A stretch of DNA of 63,972 bases, counting the filler, from an uncultured bacterium (GTDB lineage Bacteria > Latescibacterota > UBA2968): the NCBI GenBank assembly GCA_964471275.1. It is 4 parts of 4 records of this genome, joined end to end, with 100 filler letters (N's around TTAATTAATTAA, not from the genome) between each part and the next. Parts side by side here need not be neighbours in the genome. Positions count along the whole stretch, not along the records: positions 18,148 to 36,130 come from CAYYGZ010000074.1; 3 more parts are not named here. One strand, given 5' to 3'. Both the position numbers and the translations under genes were made by a program. Under the pieces are notes generated by a model, which was not told the origin of the DNA, searched no databases, and saw nothing but the letters and a program-made list of their open reading frames with translations. Positions 18,828 to 27,753 of the stretch are shown here, piece by piece (the stretch's first letter is position 1; each line of letters begins with the position of its first letter).

Positions 18828-20498
18828 TCAAGTTGACGCAATCTCCTTCACCCGCTCTTCTGGTAGAACTCCTCTGTAGAAACGCAGGTCGGCGATACAG
18901 CCTGCAAAGGGGCCCTGAGCTCCAGAACCGATCGTCAACGGCTGAGCGTTGGCCAGATCGAATGTGTGGCTGCCGGAAGCCTGCGACGCCGTCACAAACT
19001 CGCCGTTTACGTACAGTCGTAGTTCCTTGCCCTCACGCACGGTGGTCAGGTGCGTCCATTCCACCCCGATGTCGCGGTCGTAGCTGACAACCTGTCCCAG
19101 TTCGTTCGCGTAGACACGGCCAAGGGTGTCATCGGGGTCGACATCGGTGGCGCGGCTGATGCAAGAGCCCGTTGCTGCGAACAGGCGGCCTTGGAACGCC
19201 GCCATCGTTGGCACCCGGCACCAAGACGCAGTCTCATCGACCGAGTAGTCCGGGTGACTTGCCAAGCTATTCATCAGAGTCCAATGTCCATCGGTCTCAT
19301 AACGCCATACTTGTGCCTTAGGGATCACGCCAGCGTAGAGCTTGCCGTTGTAGACAATCAGATTATTGATTTCGTTGATCTCTCGATGCTCCCCTTCAGG
19401 AAGACCTATCCGACCGGTGTTAGTCCATTCACCGCCTTCCCACCGCAAGACATACCCCTGTGGCCAAGTGCCCGCCCACAGCTTGCCCTGAGCGGTCTGA
19501 AATGCATGTGTCTGCGTAATACCGTGGGGCTCTCGTGAAAAGCAGGTCCATGTTCGGCCACCTTCAAACCGATAGTGATTCCGATGCGTGGCACCATACA
19601 GAATCCCGTCCACGGGGAACAGATTCTCCAAGTTGTCTCCGTCAGGAGACCCGCAGTCGATCCAGTCTTGTCCGTCATATTTGTAGCAGTGGCCTCCGCC
19701 AACCCGGTCTAGGCCGACATACAGATCGCCATCGAAACTGGCCATGCTCAGCACCCGCACGCTGGCGCCGACTTGCCCTAGGTCGCGCCATTCTTGGCCT
19801 CCCTGATACTCGAACACTCGTGAAAGCGCCGGCTCAAAGTCCTTCCCCTGAGCCCGAACCCAGTCCCATACCCCGGTGCCCGCGAAGAGCCGACCCTCGT
19901 GGATGATCATTGACTGAACTGACAAGTGACGGGGGTTACTGCCAAGCCGTCCGCAGTCCTCCCAGTCAGTGCCACCCGCCCAGCGGAAAACCCGTGCTGC
20001 GTCCATCGCGTCGTCCGCATCGGCAATGCCGGCGTAGAGTTCACCATCAAATGCGACCAGAGCCGAGACCAAAGAATTGCTCGGCCACGGTTTGCCGCAG
20101 TCCTCCCACACCCCGACGTAGCCATCGTCGATGCCGAAATGGACGTGACGGGTGTCGGACATCGAGCTATAGCCGGCTGAACTGCCAGCGACCTGCAAAT
20201 TGAAACCACAGCGGCAGGCCGGATCGAACTTGGACAACACATCCCCAAACACCCCGCGCATGGGGGAGTCACACCGCACCCATACCGCAATCGAAAAGTC
20301 CTGGTTGCCCAGTTGCAGGTTCGGTGCGGCAGGCACCTCAATCAGGCTATTGTTACCGTTGAAGTGGGCAGCCCCCACTGCGGCACTTTCCAGACGGTCG
20401 ATGAATTCGACATGATGAGCCACCCCGTGATTATTGCCTGCAACATCGCGCGCATCTTTTTGAAGCGGCCAGTGGCTCATCAGATGCTGTTTAGTCAC
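18828..20498 (-). CDS. LamG-like jelly-roll protein with an inserted beta-propeller-like region
   Basis: N-terminal SHWPL..DFSIAVWV..VLSK and C-terminal WTHLTTVR..RLYVNG..LTIG..GCIADLRFY, with repeated (F/Y)xGxLY/WxDxG units between. Confidence 0.7.
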   Translation of the reverse strand: MTKQHLMSHWPLQKDARDVAGNNHGVAHHVEFIDRLESAAVGAAHFNGNNSLIEVPAAPNLQLGNQDFSIAVWVRCDSPMRGVFGDVLSKFDPACRCGFNLQVAGSSAGYSSMSDTRHVHFGIDDGYVGVWEDCGKPWPSNSLVSALVAFDGELYAGIADADDAMDAARVFRWAGGTDWEDCGRLGSNPRHLSVQSMIIHEGRLFAGTGVWDWVRAQGKDFEPALSRVFEYQGGQEWRDLGQVGASVRVLSMASFDGDLYVGLDRVGGGHCYKYDGQDWIDCGSPDGDNLENLFPVDGILYGATHRNHYRFEGGRTWTCFSREPHGITQTHAFQTAQGKLWAGTWPQGYVLRWEGGEWTNTGRIGLPEGEHREINEINNLIVYNGKLYAGVIPKAQVWRYETDGHWTLMNSLASHPDYSVDETASWCRVPTMAAFQGRLFAATGSCISRATDVDPDDTLGRVYANELGQVVSYDRDIGVEWTHLTTVREGKELRLYVNGEFVTASQASGSHTFDLANAQPLTIGSGAQGPFAGCIADLRFYRGVLPEERVKEIAST

Positions 20499-20555
20499 TG
20501 TGAACTATCTCCTGAGCAGTAGGAATAGGGCCTATTGGATCGTGAGGTGTGCTCA

Positions 20556-20828
20556 CTATTCATCCTTGTCTTCTGCTTCGGGTTTCGATGATTCATTCTT
20601 GTACTTCTCAAATAAGAAGGCTCCCGTGCCAAAGACTACGCCCAACGCCGCTGCCAATTTTAGAATCCAGTTATCGGTTTCCGTTCTAATCCTTCCCCCC
20701 GGTTCTGAGCTTACCACTAATAAAATGAATCCGACTAAAACAGTTGCCCCAGCGGAGCAAATCAAAGTGGCAACTAATGCCCAGACAACCTCCCACAGGG
20801 GACTTTCAATTTTACCCTCGTTACCCAC
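20556..20828 (-). CDS. Small two-helix membrane protein in an AT-richer patch
   Basis: Two hydrophobic stretches in a 90-aa ORF; start uncertain. Confidence 0.4.
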   Translation of the reverse strand: MGNEGKIESPLWEVVWALVATLICSAGATVLVGFILLVVSSEPGGRIRTETDNWILKLAAALGVVFGTGAFLFEKYKNESSKPEAEDKDE

Positions 20829-21396
20829 GGTAAAATGAGTTCAAGAACTCCAAGTAGTGATGTCGAAACCAAGAATTTTCGTCAGAGATGGTATAAAGAG
20901 GCTCCTGGTCTGTGTCTGAATCCTCGTCGTCTTGGAATATCCGCTGTTTGGGTCGATTTTTCATCATCTAGCCTTAACCCCCGCCTTATCCTGCCCATAC
21001 TGCACCCGTTCCGATATCGTATCGCCCATACAATCCTCCCAAGGATTTGGTCGTGCCTGTGACACTTCGAAGGAAGCGTCACGCCAAGCGTGCTATGACT
21101 CTTGGTTGCCACCTCTTATTTCCGCGCTTAGTCGTTACGCCACGTTGCTCAAGCTCGGCCGCTATTCGCAGATATTTTACCTATGGAAACGCATTTTAGT
21201 CAGAACTTTTTCCTTTGCCCATCAGGGCGCAAGGGGGCTTCGGTTAGCTTTCTGACGTTGCGTATATATCTTGATAGTCGTGGAACTCTTGTATCCCAGT
21301 AGCTACTGATATACCTCAAGTCAGCGCGCCCCCAGTTGTGTCTCTGATCCGGTACACATCAAGCCGGGTCCGGTCCCACCCCTCGGCACCGGTCAC

Positions 21397-21428
21397 CAGG
21401 CATCAGGCATCAGGCATCAGGCATCAGG
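21397..21428 (+). repeat. 7-bp tandem repeat (CAGGCAT)x4 plus a partial copy
   Basis: caggcatcaggcatcaggcatcaggcatcagg read directly. Confidence 0.9.
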
Positions 21429-21575
21429 ACCAACAATACGTTGTCCGGCTGCTCTCATCTGAGTAGCTTCAGTGCCTGCGAATGCTCACGAGTCCACACC
21501 CAGTCCTGGACTTGTACGATACTCGGCACTTCGCCATCGTGCAGCATCCCGCGAAACACAAATCAAGGATCTCCT

Positions 21576-22082
21576 TTGCGTCCCGTCCTCCTTATCGATT
21601 GCGGCGACACGCTCGCCAACGAGTCAACAGAGCAGAAGAACGAACGCGGAGAAACACTGTATGCAGACCTGATTCCTGGCGCCGCAGAACTGATCCACGA
21701 GCTCAAGAGACGTGACTACCGACTCGCCCTCTGCGCGGATGGTCCTGTGGCCACATTTGAAAATATCCTCAACCAGCACGGGCTCTGGAACTGCTTCGAC
21801 GCGTTCGCTATCTCCGAGGCAGTCGGCGTCAGTAAGCCTGACGAGCGTATGTTCCGTACCGCGCTCGATACACTCGACGTAGATCCTGTGCATTACGCCC
21901 AGACCGTCATGGTTGGCAACAACCTCGAGCGTGACATTGCAGGGGCAAACGCCCTCGGCCTCATCACCGTCTTCCTCTCGTGGTCTGACAAGCGTCGGAA
22001 GACCCCGCTTTCAGATCTCGAAACACCCGACGTGACGATCCAGAAGCCCCTTGATCTTATCGAAGTCCTGGAGCAATTGTAG
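21576..22082 (+). CDS. HAD-superfamily hydrolase
   Basis: LLIDCGDTL, SKPDERMF, VMVGNNLERDIAGANALG; TTG start after AAGGA. Confidence 0.85.
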   Translation: MRPVLLIDCGDTLANESTEQKNERGETLYADLIPGAAELIHELKRRDYRLALCADGPVATFENILNQHGLWNCFDAFAISEAVGVSKPDERMFRTALDTLDVDPVHYAQTVMVGNNLERDIAGANALGLITVFLSWSDKRRKTPLSDLETPDVTIQKPLDLIEVLEQL

Positions 22083-22265
22083 GGCACGATCCTGGCCAAC
22101 CCGGCACCCATCGGCCTCGCAGGACAGGACTGGACCTATCCCGCCTCTCAGGACTATCTTACTGCGCATCACTGACTGTGCACACAACGGGCTGCTGCGG
22201 GTGGTTCGTGCGACACCAAACAGCACACCTGCCCCGCGCTAATCGATTGAGGAAGGAGACCGAGC

Positions 22266-24137
22266 ATGGCAAGAGGATACATGGGAAAGATCCTGATTGT
22301 AGACCTGTCCACGGGGACGATGCACGACGAGCCTCTGGATGAATCTATGTGCCGCGAATACCTGGGTGGGTATGGTATCGGGGCCAAGATTCTTTACGAC
22401 CGGATGTCTCCTGGTGTCGACGCTCTCGGGCCGGACAACCTGCTTGGGTTCTTTACCGGCCCTCTCACGGGATCACCGTCCATCGAAGGCAACCGGTTCG
22501 TGGTCGTCTGCAAATCTCCGCTGACCGATACCTGGGGCGATGCAAACTGCGGCGGTACGTTCGGGCCTCAGCTCAAAAGCGCCGGCTATGACGGAATCCT
22601 TTTCAGTGGCATCTCCGAGAAACCCGTCTACCTGGTGATCGAAGATGGCAAGGCCGAGCTTCGTGATGCGGAGTTCCTGTGGGGGAAGGACAGCAACGAG
22701 ACGGAGGACATCCTCAAGGAGACGCTCGGCGAGTCGAAGGGTCATGATGGCAAAGCGGTCGAGGTGGCCTGCATCGGTCAGGCCGGTGAGAAACTGAGTC
22801 TCCTCTCCGCGATAATGAACGACAAAGGTCGTGCGGCGGGACGCTCGGGTGTGGGAGCCGTAATGGGCTCAAAGAAGCTGAAGGCGATCACGGCTTCCGG
22901 TAATGCCGAGATTCCGCTTTTCGATGCAGAGAAGGCGGGCGAACTCCGCAAAAAGTACATGAAGCTCACCGGAGGAGGTCATGAACTGTTCGCTGAGTAT
23001 GGTACCATCGGTATCACGGGCGATTCTGCAATGAGTGGTGATGCCCCCATCAAGAACTGGGGCGGTGTGGGCCCCGTCGACTTCCCGACCGGCGGCGAGA
23101 AATTCCACCAGGACACGCTGATCGCCTACCAGGACAAGAAGTACGGCTGCTGGCGCTGCACGATGGCCTGTGGTGGCCACATGTCCGTCAAGGAGGCCGG
23201 CCCCTACAAGGGCGTTTCCCACCACAAGGTCGAGTACGAGACCGCCGGTTCGTGGGGAACGATGACCCTCACCGATGACTTCCCGGCGATGATCAAGATC
23301 AACGAGCTCTGCAATCGCTTCGGCTTCGACACCATCGGGGCAGGATGCACGGCGGCGTTCGCAGTCGAGTGCTACGAGAACGGCATCCTCACCAAGGAAG
23401 ACACTGACGGCATCGAGCTCACCTGGGGCAACGGAGCGGCCCTGGTGGCGCTGCTCGAGAAGATGGGCGCCCGAGAGGGCATCGGCGACATCCTAGCCGA
23501 TGGGACTCGAAAAGCTGCGGAGCAGATCGGCAAGGGCTCCGAAAAATACGCCATGCACGTTCAGGGGTCGGAAGTGCCTATGCACGATCCGAAATTCCAG
23601 CCCGGACTGGCGACATCCTACAAGATGGACGCTACGCCTGCACGACACACCCAGGGCCACGAGGACATGCCGCCGGTCCTCGAGGGCTGGCCGGAGCACG
23701 ACAAGTACACATACACAGGCAAGGGCGAGCGTCACAAGGAATGCTCAGGCATGATGCACGTCGTAAATGCGGCCGGGGTGTGTATGTTCGCATTCCTGTC
23801 CTACGACTGGAACTTCATCCCTGATTTCCTCACGGCGGTCACTGGATGGGAAATCGATACGAACGAGTGCTACCGCGTTGGGGATCGTATCGCAAACCTC
23901 CGGCACGCCTTCAACCTGCGTGAGGGACAGAACCCGCTGCAGTTCGAGGTGCCCGCCCGTCTGATCGGTGATCCGCCCCAGACCGAGGGCAACGTGCGCA
24001 ACGTTACGGTCGACATCGACACCCAGGTGCGCGAATACTGCGACGCAATGCACTGGGATCCGGAAACCGCTGTACCCAGCAAGGAGAGTTTGCTGAGTCT
24101 GGGGCTCGAGAATGTTGCCAAGGATCTGCACGGATAG
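22266..24137 (+). CDS. Aldehyde:ferredoxin oxidoreductase family (W/Mo-bis-pterin, 4Fe-4S)
   Basis: GYMGKILIVDLS, KSPLT, AAGRSGVGAVMGSKKLKAI, CWRCTMACG, EYET, GFDTI, FNLREG; AAGGAG RBS. Confidence 0.93.
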   Translation: MARGYMGKILIVDLSTGTMHDEPLDESMCREYLGGYGIGAKILYDRMSPGVDALGPDNLLGFFTGPLTGSPSIEGNRFVVVCKSPLTDTWGDANCGGTFGPQLKSAGYDGILFSGISEKPVYLVIEDGKAELRDAEFLWGKDSNETEDILKETLGESKGHDGKAVEVACIGQAGEKLSLLSAIMNDKGRAAGRSGVGAVMGSKKLKAITASGNAEIPLFDAEKAGELRKKYMKLTGGGHELFAEYGTIGITGDSAMSGDAPIKNWGGVGPVDFPTGGEKFHQDTLIAYQDKKYGCWRCTMACGGHMSVKEAGPYKGVSHHKVEYETAGSWGTMTLTDDFPAMIKINELCNRFGFDTIGAGCTAAFAVECYENGILTKEDTDGIELTWGNGAALVALLEKMGAREGIGDILADGTRKAAEQIGKGSEKYAMHVQGSEVPMHDPKFQPGLATSYKMDATPARHTQGHEDMPPVLEGWPEHDKYTYTGKGERHKECSGMMHVVNAAGVCMFAFLSYDWNFIPDFLTAVTGWEIDTNECYRVGDRIANLRHAFNLREGQNPLQFEVPARLIGDPPQTEGNVRNVTVDIDTQVREYCDAMHWDPETAVPSKESLLSLGLENVAKDLHG

Positions 24138-24201
24138 GTTTGCGGATCCACTGGGAGAGGGGCGCACAACGACCTTGTCACCCAGAACGGATTTAGCGCG
24201 A

Positions 24202-24235
24202 CAAGGGGCTACGTCAGTGATGACGTAGCTCCTTG
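24202..24235 (+). terminator. 15-bp stem-loop downstream of the AOR gene
   Basis: CAAGGGGCTACGTCA-GTGA-TGACGTAGCTCCTTG (one G-U pair); no clear U-tract. Confidence 0.55.
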
Positions 24236-24722
24236 CGTATACTCAAATTCGCAGTCTGGCCAGATGGACCTCCGTCAGACGCCCCAACCCTCAGTACCCG
24301 TCATCGTCACTTGATCCTGTCCACCGCAGAGCAGTTCCGGACGCGTCAGATGCGCATACTAGCCCAGCGGACAGCCTGTCCAGGCGAACAAACTCTCTCA
24401 CCATCCCCTCTTGGGAGATACAGAATCCGATGGATCCTGATGATTCTCTCGAGAGACAATCCCGGCTGGCCCATCGGTGTGACAGGCGCCGCCAAGCTGA
24501 TCTGGCGAGGTGTGGAGGATTGTCCGCTTGCGTGTGCGAGAAGGAGCTTCTGGATCTGACCCTTTCCTGAGCCGATAGTCGAAAAGCACCCGACGAAAGG
24601 CTTGATCCAAACCGTCTCCTATTAGTTATTGAGTCCTGCATTGTCGGGGTTCGCTCACCCGGGCGACTCGATGATGGCAACAGGACCTTAACATACGACC
24701 TTTCGCCGAGACCGGAACACCA

Positions 24723-25292
24723 ATGAGCGCCTCATTAGGCATGATCGAAGTCGAGGGAGTCGCTGGCATTGTCCGAGCAGCCGATGCCTCGGCGAAAGCT
24801 TCCAGAATCGGCCATCTAGGCTGGGAATCCATAGGTGGCTACACGACCCTCTTCCTGTCCGGATCTGTCAGCGAAGTCGAAGCCGCAATCAAGGCCGGTG
24901 AAGCGTCAGCTAGAGAAGCGATCGACCACGTCGTATCCAACCAATTGACTCGGGCAGATGACGCTGTCGATCATTTCATAACGACACGGCCCAAGGAGTG
25001 CGACACGCGGGCCGGTGCCATCGGAGTCATCGAGGCACGCGGTTACGGCAGACACATCCCCCGGAACGACACGATGGTCAAGACAGCAAACGTCGAGGTC
25101 TGGAACGTGCTTACCGTGATGGCCCGCGTTGTCTGCAGCCTCGTGATCGGGAACGTCGGCGATGTCCGCGAAGCCGTTCGTGTGTCGATAGCAGACATAC
25201 CGGACGAGCACCTTATGTCAGCTACGGTGATTTCCCGGCCGCACGATGCCGTCTTTTCTCTCTTCGCACCGGAGGGGGGGGCCACAACGTGA
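24723..25292 (+). CDS. Bacterial microcompartment shell protein with two tandem BMC domains
   Basis: SLGMIEVEG..AADASAKAS..GSVSEVEAAI and AIGVIEARG..NDTMVKTANV..GNVGDVREAV..VISRPH. Confidence 0.9.
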   Translation: MSASLGMIEVEGVAGIVRAADASAKASRIGHLGWESIGGYTTLFLSGSVSEVEAAIKAGEASAREAIDHVVSNQLTRADDAVDHFITTRPKECDTRAGAIGVIEARGYGRHIPRNDTMVKTANVEVWNVLTVMARVVCSLVIGNVGDVREAVRVSIADIPDEHLMSATVISRPHDAVFSLFAPEGGATT

Positions 25293-26464
25293 GCACACTC
25301 CCCTCTCTCGGCGTACTCGAAGCCCGAGGCATGGCCGCCCTGCTCGCGGCAGCCGATGCCATGCTCAAGGAAGCATCTGTCAAAATAACCGGATACCATC
25401 GGATCGGGTCAGGCTGGATAACCGCCACGGTCGGAGGCGACACCGGTGCCGTACACGCAGCACTTGCCGTCGGCCGAGAAGAAGCGGCCCGAGTAGGCGA
25501 GCTTATTGCGAGTGACCTCATTGTCCACCCCGACCCCATTGCCCTCAACCCGATGCCCCATCCCGGCGGTCTCGCTTCGAATGAACCGGAGCCTCTGCGT
25601 GCGCTCGGGGTGCTCGAAACACAGGGAATCGCACCGCTTCTCGTCGGCACGGATGCAATGGTCAAGACTGCAGCGGTCGACGTTCACGGTTGGTCACCCA
25701 TCGGCGGAGCCCTTTCGCACGTGATCGTTCGGGGCGACGTTGGATCCGTTCGCACCGCTCTCGCAGCGGGTGCAGAGGCAGCCGATCGAGAAGGCAGGCT
25801 CCACAGCGTAGTCGTGTTACCTGCTCCGTCGGACGGGCTCGAAGTTCTGTATCCCAAAAAGTCAGCAGAAACCGACTCAAACCTCGACGCCATCGGGATC
25901 CTGGAATCGACGGGATACCTCGGCGCTGTCGCAGGCTCCGACATCATGGTCAAGACGGCAGATATCGAGCTCCTTCGCCTGACGATCGGGAGCGGCGGGC
26001 GCGTTGGCGTCTTCATCAAGGGCAAGCTGGAGGAAGTCGATCAGGCGCTCGAAGCTGGTGCCCGTGAAACGGACACCGCCGGTGACTACAACACGCACCG
26101 CAGTGTCGCCCGTCCCGATCCTGCCACGGTCTCGTGCTTCGGAGGCGCGGACGCTGTGACATCCACAACCGACACGACCGGTGACGCCATCGGGCTGGTC
26201 GAGACCAGGAGCACCGTCGCGATCGTATCGGCTGTCGACCAGATGATGAAGACGGCAGATGTAGAATTCGACGGCCGCTACAAGGTGGGTGCCTACAACA
26301 CGGCCGCTGTCATTCGTGGTAATCTGTCAGCTGTTCGTGCCGCTCTTGACGTGGGTCATCAGACGGCCTCAGGCCTCGGAGAGACGACATATACGCATCT
26401 GATCCCGGCACCGACGCAATCGCTGGAACGACAGTTGATACATCGTTCAGGTAACGAGACATGA
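25289..26464 (+). CDS. Bacterial microcompartment shell protein with four tandem BMC domains (391 aa)
   Basis: GTG start overlaps previous TGA; four units SLGVLEARG/DAMLKEA, ALGVLETQG/DAMVKTA, AIGILESTG/DIMVKTA, AIGLVETRS/DQMMKTA. Confidence 0.9.
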   Translation: MSTLPSLGVLEARGMAALLAAADAMLKEASVKITGYHRIGSGWITATVGGDTGAVHAALAVGREEAARVGELIASDLIVHPDPIALNPMPHPGGLASNEPEPLRALGVLETQGIAPLLVGTDAMVKTAAVDVHGWSPIGGALSHVIVRGDVGSVRTALAAGAEAADREGRLHSVVVLPAPSDGLEVLYPKKSAETDSNLDAIGILESTGYLGAVAGSDIMVKTADIELLRLTIGSGGRVGVFIKGKLEEVDQALEAGARETDTAGDYNTHRSVARPDPATVSCFGGADAVTSTTDTTGDAIGLVETRSTVAIVSAVDQMMKTADVEFDGRYKVGAYNTAAVIRGNLSAVRAALDVGHQTASGLGETTYTHLIPAPTQSLERQLIHRSGNET

Positions 26465-27672
26465 TCCGAATCGACGGCTCGGTAATCACCTTCGATCTGC
26501 TCAGGGACAAGCTCGGAGACGAGAAAGAAGTCGAAGTCTGCCCGAGGGCGAAGGTAACCCCACTGGCAAAGGACTACCTGAGAGATAAGGGAGTAACGCT
26601 CACGACACGCGATCTAAAAACGAATCCGCGCCCCGTGCAAGCCTCCCCTGTTGCCCCAGCGGCTCAGCCCGCCCTGACCTCGCCCGTGCCAGCTCATCGA
26701 ACGGCTGCCGATGCGTCGGGACGCGATCGGTTCCGGGGGATCTTCTGCCCCAACATCGTGATCTTCGACGAGAATAACTGCATCAACTTCCCCGAGATGG
26801 AAAGATACCTGGACTGGTTGATCAAAGCCGGGATCCACGGACTCTACCCTAACGGAAGTACCGGAGAATTCGTCCGTCTCAGTTTCGAAGAACGAAAGGA
26901 CGTCGTCCGATGCGTCACGGAAGTCAACCAGGGACGGGTCCCGATCCTTGCGGGGGCCAGCGAGGCTAACGTCAGCGAAGTCCTTCGGATGGCCGAGTTC
27001 TATGTCGAACTGGGCGTCGATGCCATCTCGCTCGTGCCACCGTTCTATTACCCGGTCACGGATGCGAGCCTGTCTGAGTATTTCGCAGAGCTCGGCAGAA
27101 GCTCACCCCTCGACATCCTGCTCTACAACATCCCGCAATTCACGCAGGAACTCACGCTCGACATCATGGAAGACCTGCTCGTTCACGACCGGATCATCGG
27201 AACGAAAGACTCCAGCCGTGACCTGCCGCGTCTGATCAACACGATGCATCGCCTTCGTGCACAACGTCCCGATTACGTGGTTCTTGTGGGCTGCGAGGAA
27301 ATCCTGTTGCCATCTGTGATGATGGGGGCCAGCGGCGGAACCATCGCCACCTCCGGGATCATTCCGGAAGTCATCGTCGATATCTACGAGAAATCGCTAT
27401 CCGGTGACATCGAACGGGCTCGCGCGCTCCAGTACCGCATCATCGACTTGATCAATCTGATGCTACTGAATGTCAATTTTCCGGAGGGATTCAAGACGGG
27501 CGTCAGTGTACGTGGATTCTCCGTCGGCCCTCCGCGCGCCGTTCTGAGCGCGGCCGAAAAGGACTACCTTCTCCGACTCGAAAACCAGATTTGCTGTATT
27601 CTCAGCGACATGGGTTACCCCATCGACGCGCCGCGAGCCTGCCCCGTCACGAACCTGCCACCGATCGTCTAG
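26461..27672 (+). CDS. DHDPS/NanA (class I aldolase) family protein with an N-terminal EutQ-N-like domain and Pro/Ala linker
   Basis: NGSTGEF, PPFYY, LLYNIPQFT, GTKDSS (Schiff-base Lys); N-terminal VIT..KVTPLAKDYLRDKGVTL; ATGA overlap with the BMC gene. Confidence 0.88.
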   Translation: MIRIDGSVITFDLLRDKLGDEKEVEVCPRAKVTPLAKDYLRDKGVTLTTRDLKTNPRPVQASPVAPAAQPALTSPVPAHRTAADASGRDRFRGIFCPNIVIFDENNCINFPEMERYLDWLIKAGIHGLYPNGSTGEFVRLSFEERKDVVRCVTEVNQGRVPILAGASEANVSEVLRMAEFYVELGVDAISLVPPFYYPVTDASLSEYFAELGRSSPLDILLYNIPQFTQELTLDIMEDLLVHDRIIGTKDSSRDLPRLINTMHRLRAQRPDYVVLVGCEEILLPSVMMGASGGTIATSGIIPEVIVDIYEKSLSGDIERARALQYRIIDLINLMLLNVNFPEGFKTGVSVRGFSVGPPRAVLSAAEKDYLLRLENQICCILSDMGYPIDAPRACPVTNLPPIV

Positions 27673-27678
27673 CGTCGC

Positions 27679-27750
27679 GTTCCTTCTCGTTCGACCCGCT
27701 CCTCAGCTACAAGCTCAACCCGTTCACCGTCTTCTACATCGGCAGGAGCA
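27679..27750 (+). pseudogene. Short remnant resembling the C-terminal strands of an outer-membrane barrel protein (DUF5916-like)
   Basis: SFSFDPLLSYKLNPFTVFYIG with no start and no rest of gene. Confidence 0.45.
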
Positions 27751-27753
27751 TCG

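Noticed and set aside
22083..22265. Possible Moco/tungsten-cofactor riboswitch upstream of AOR
   Set aside because: Some hairpin potential but I could not recognise the conserved motif; needs an Rfam scan
24233..24700. Short ORFs between AOR and the BMC genes, including a possible BMC-P vertex gene
   Set aside because: No EutN/CcmL-like or other recognisable motif in the listed frames
24998..25288. N-terminal 97 aa of the 488-aa ORF, or a single six-domain BMC protein by frameshift
   Set aside because: This stretch is an alternate frame of the 2xBMC gene, and a GTGA start/stop overlap explains two genes. A G7 run at about 25275-25281 lies just before the junction, so a homopolymer error or slippage giving one six-domain chain is not excluded and should be checked in reads
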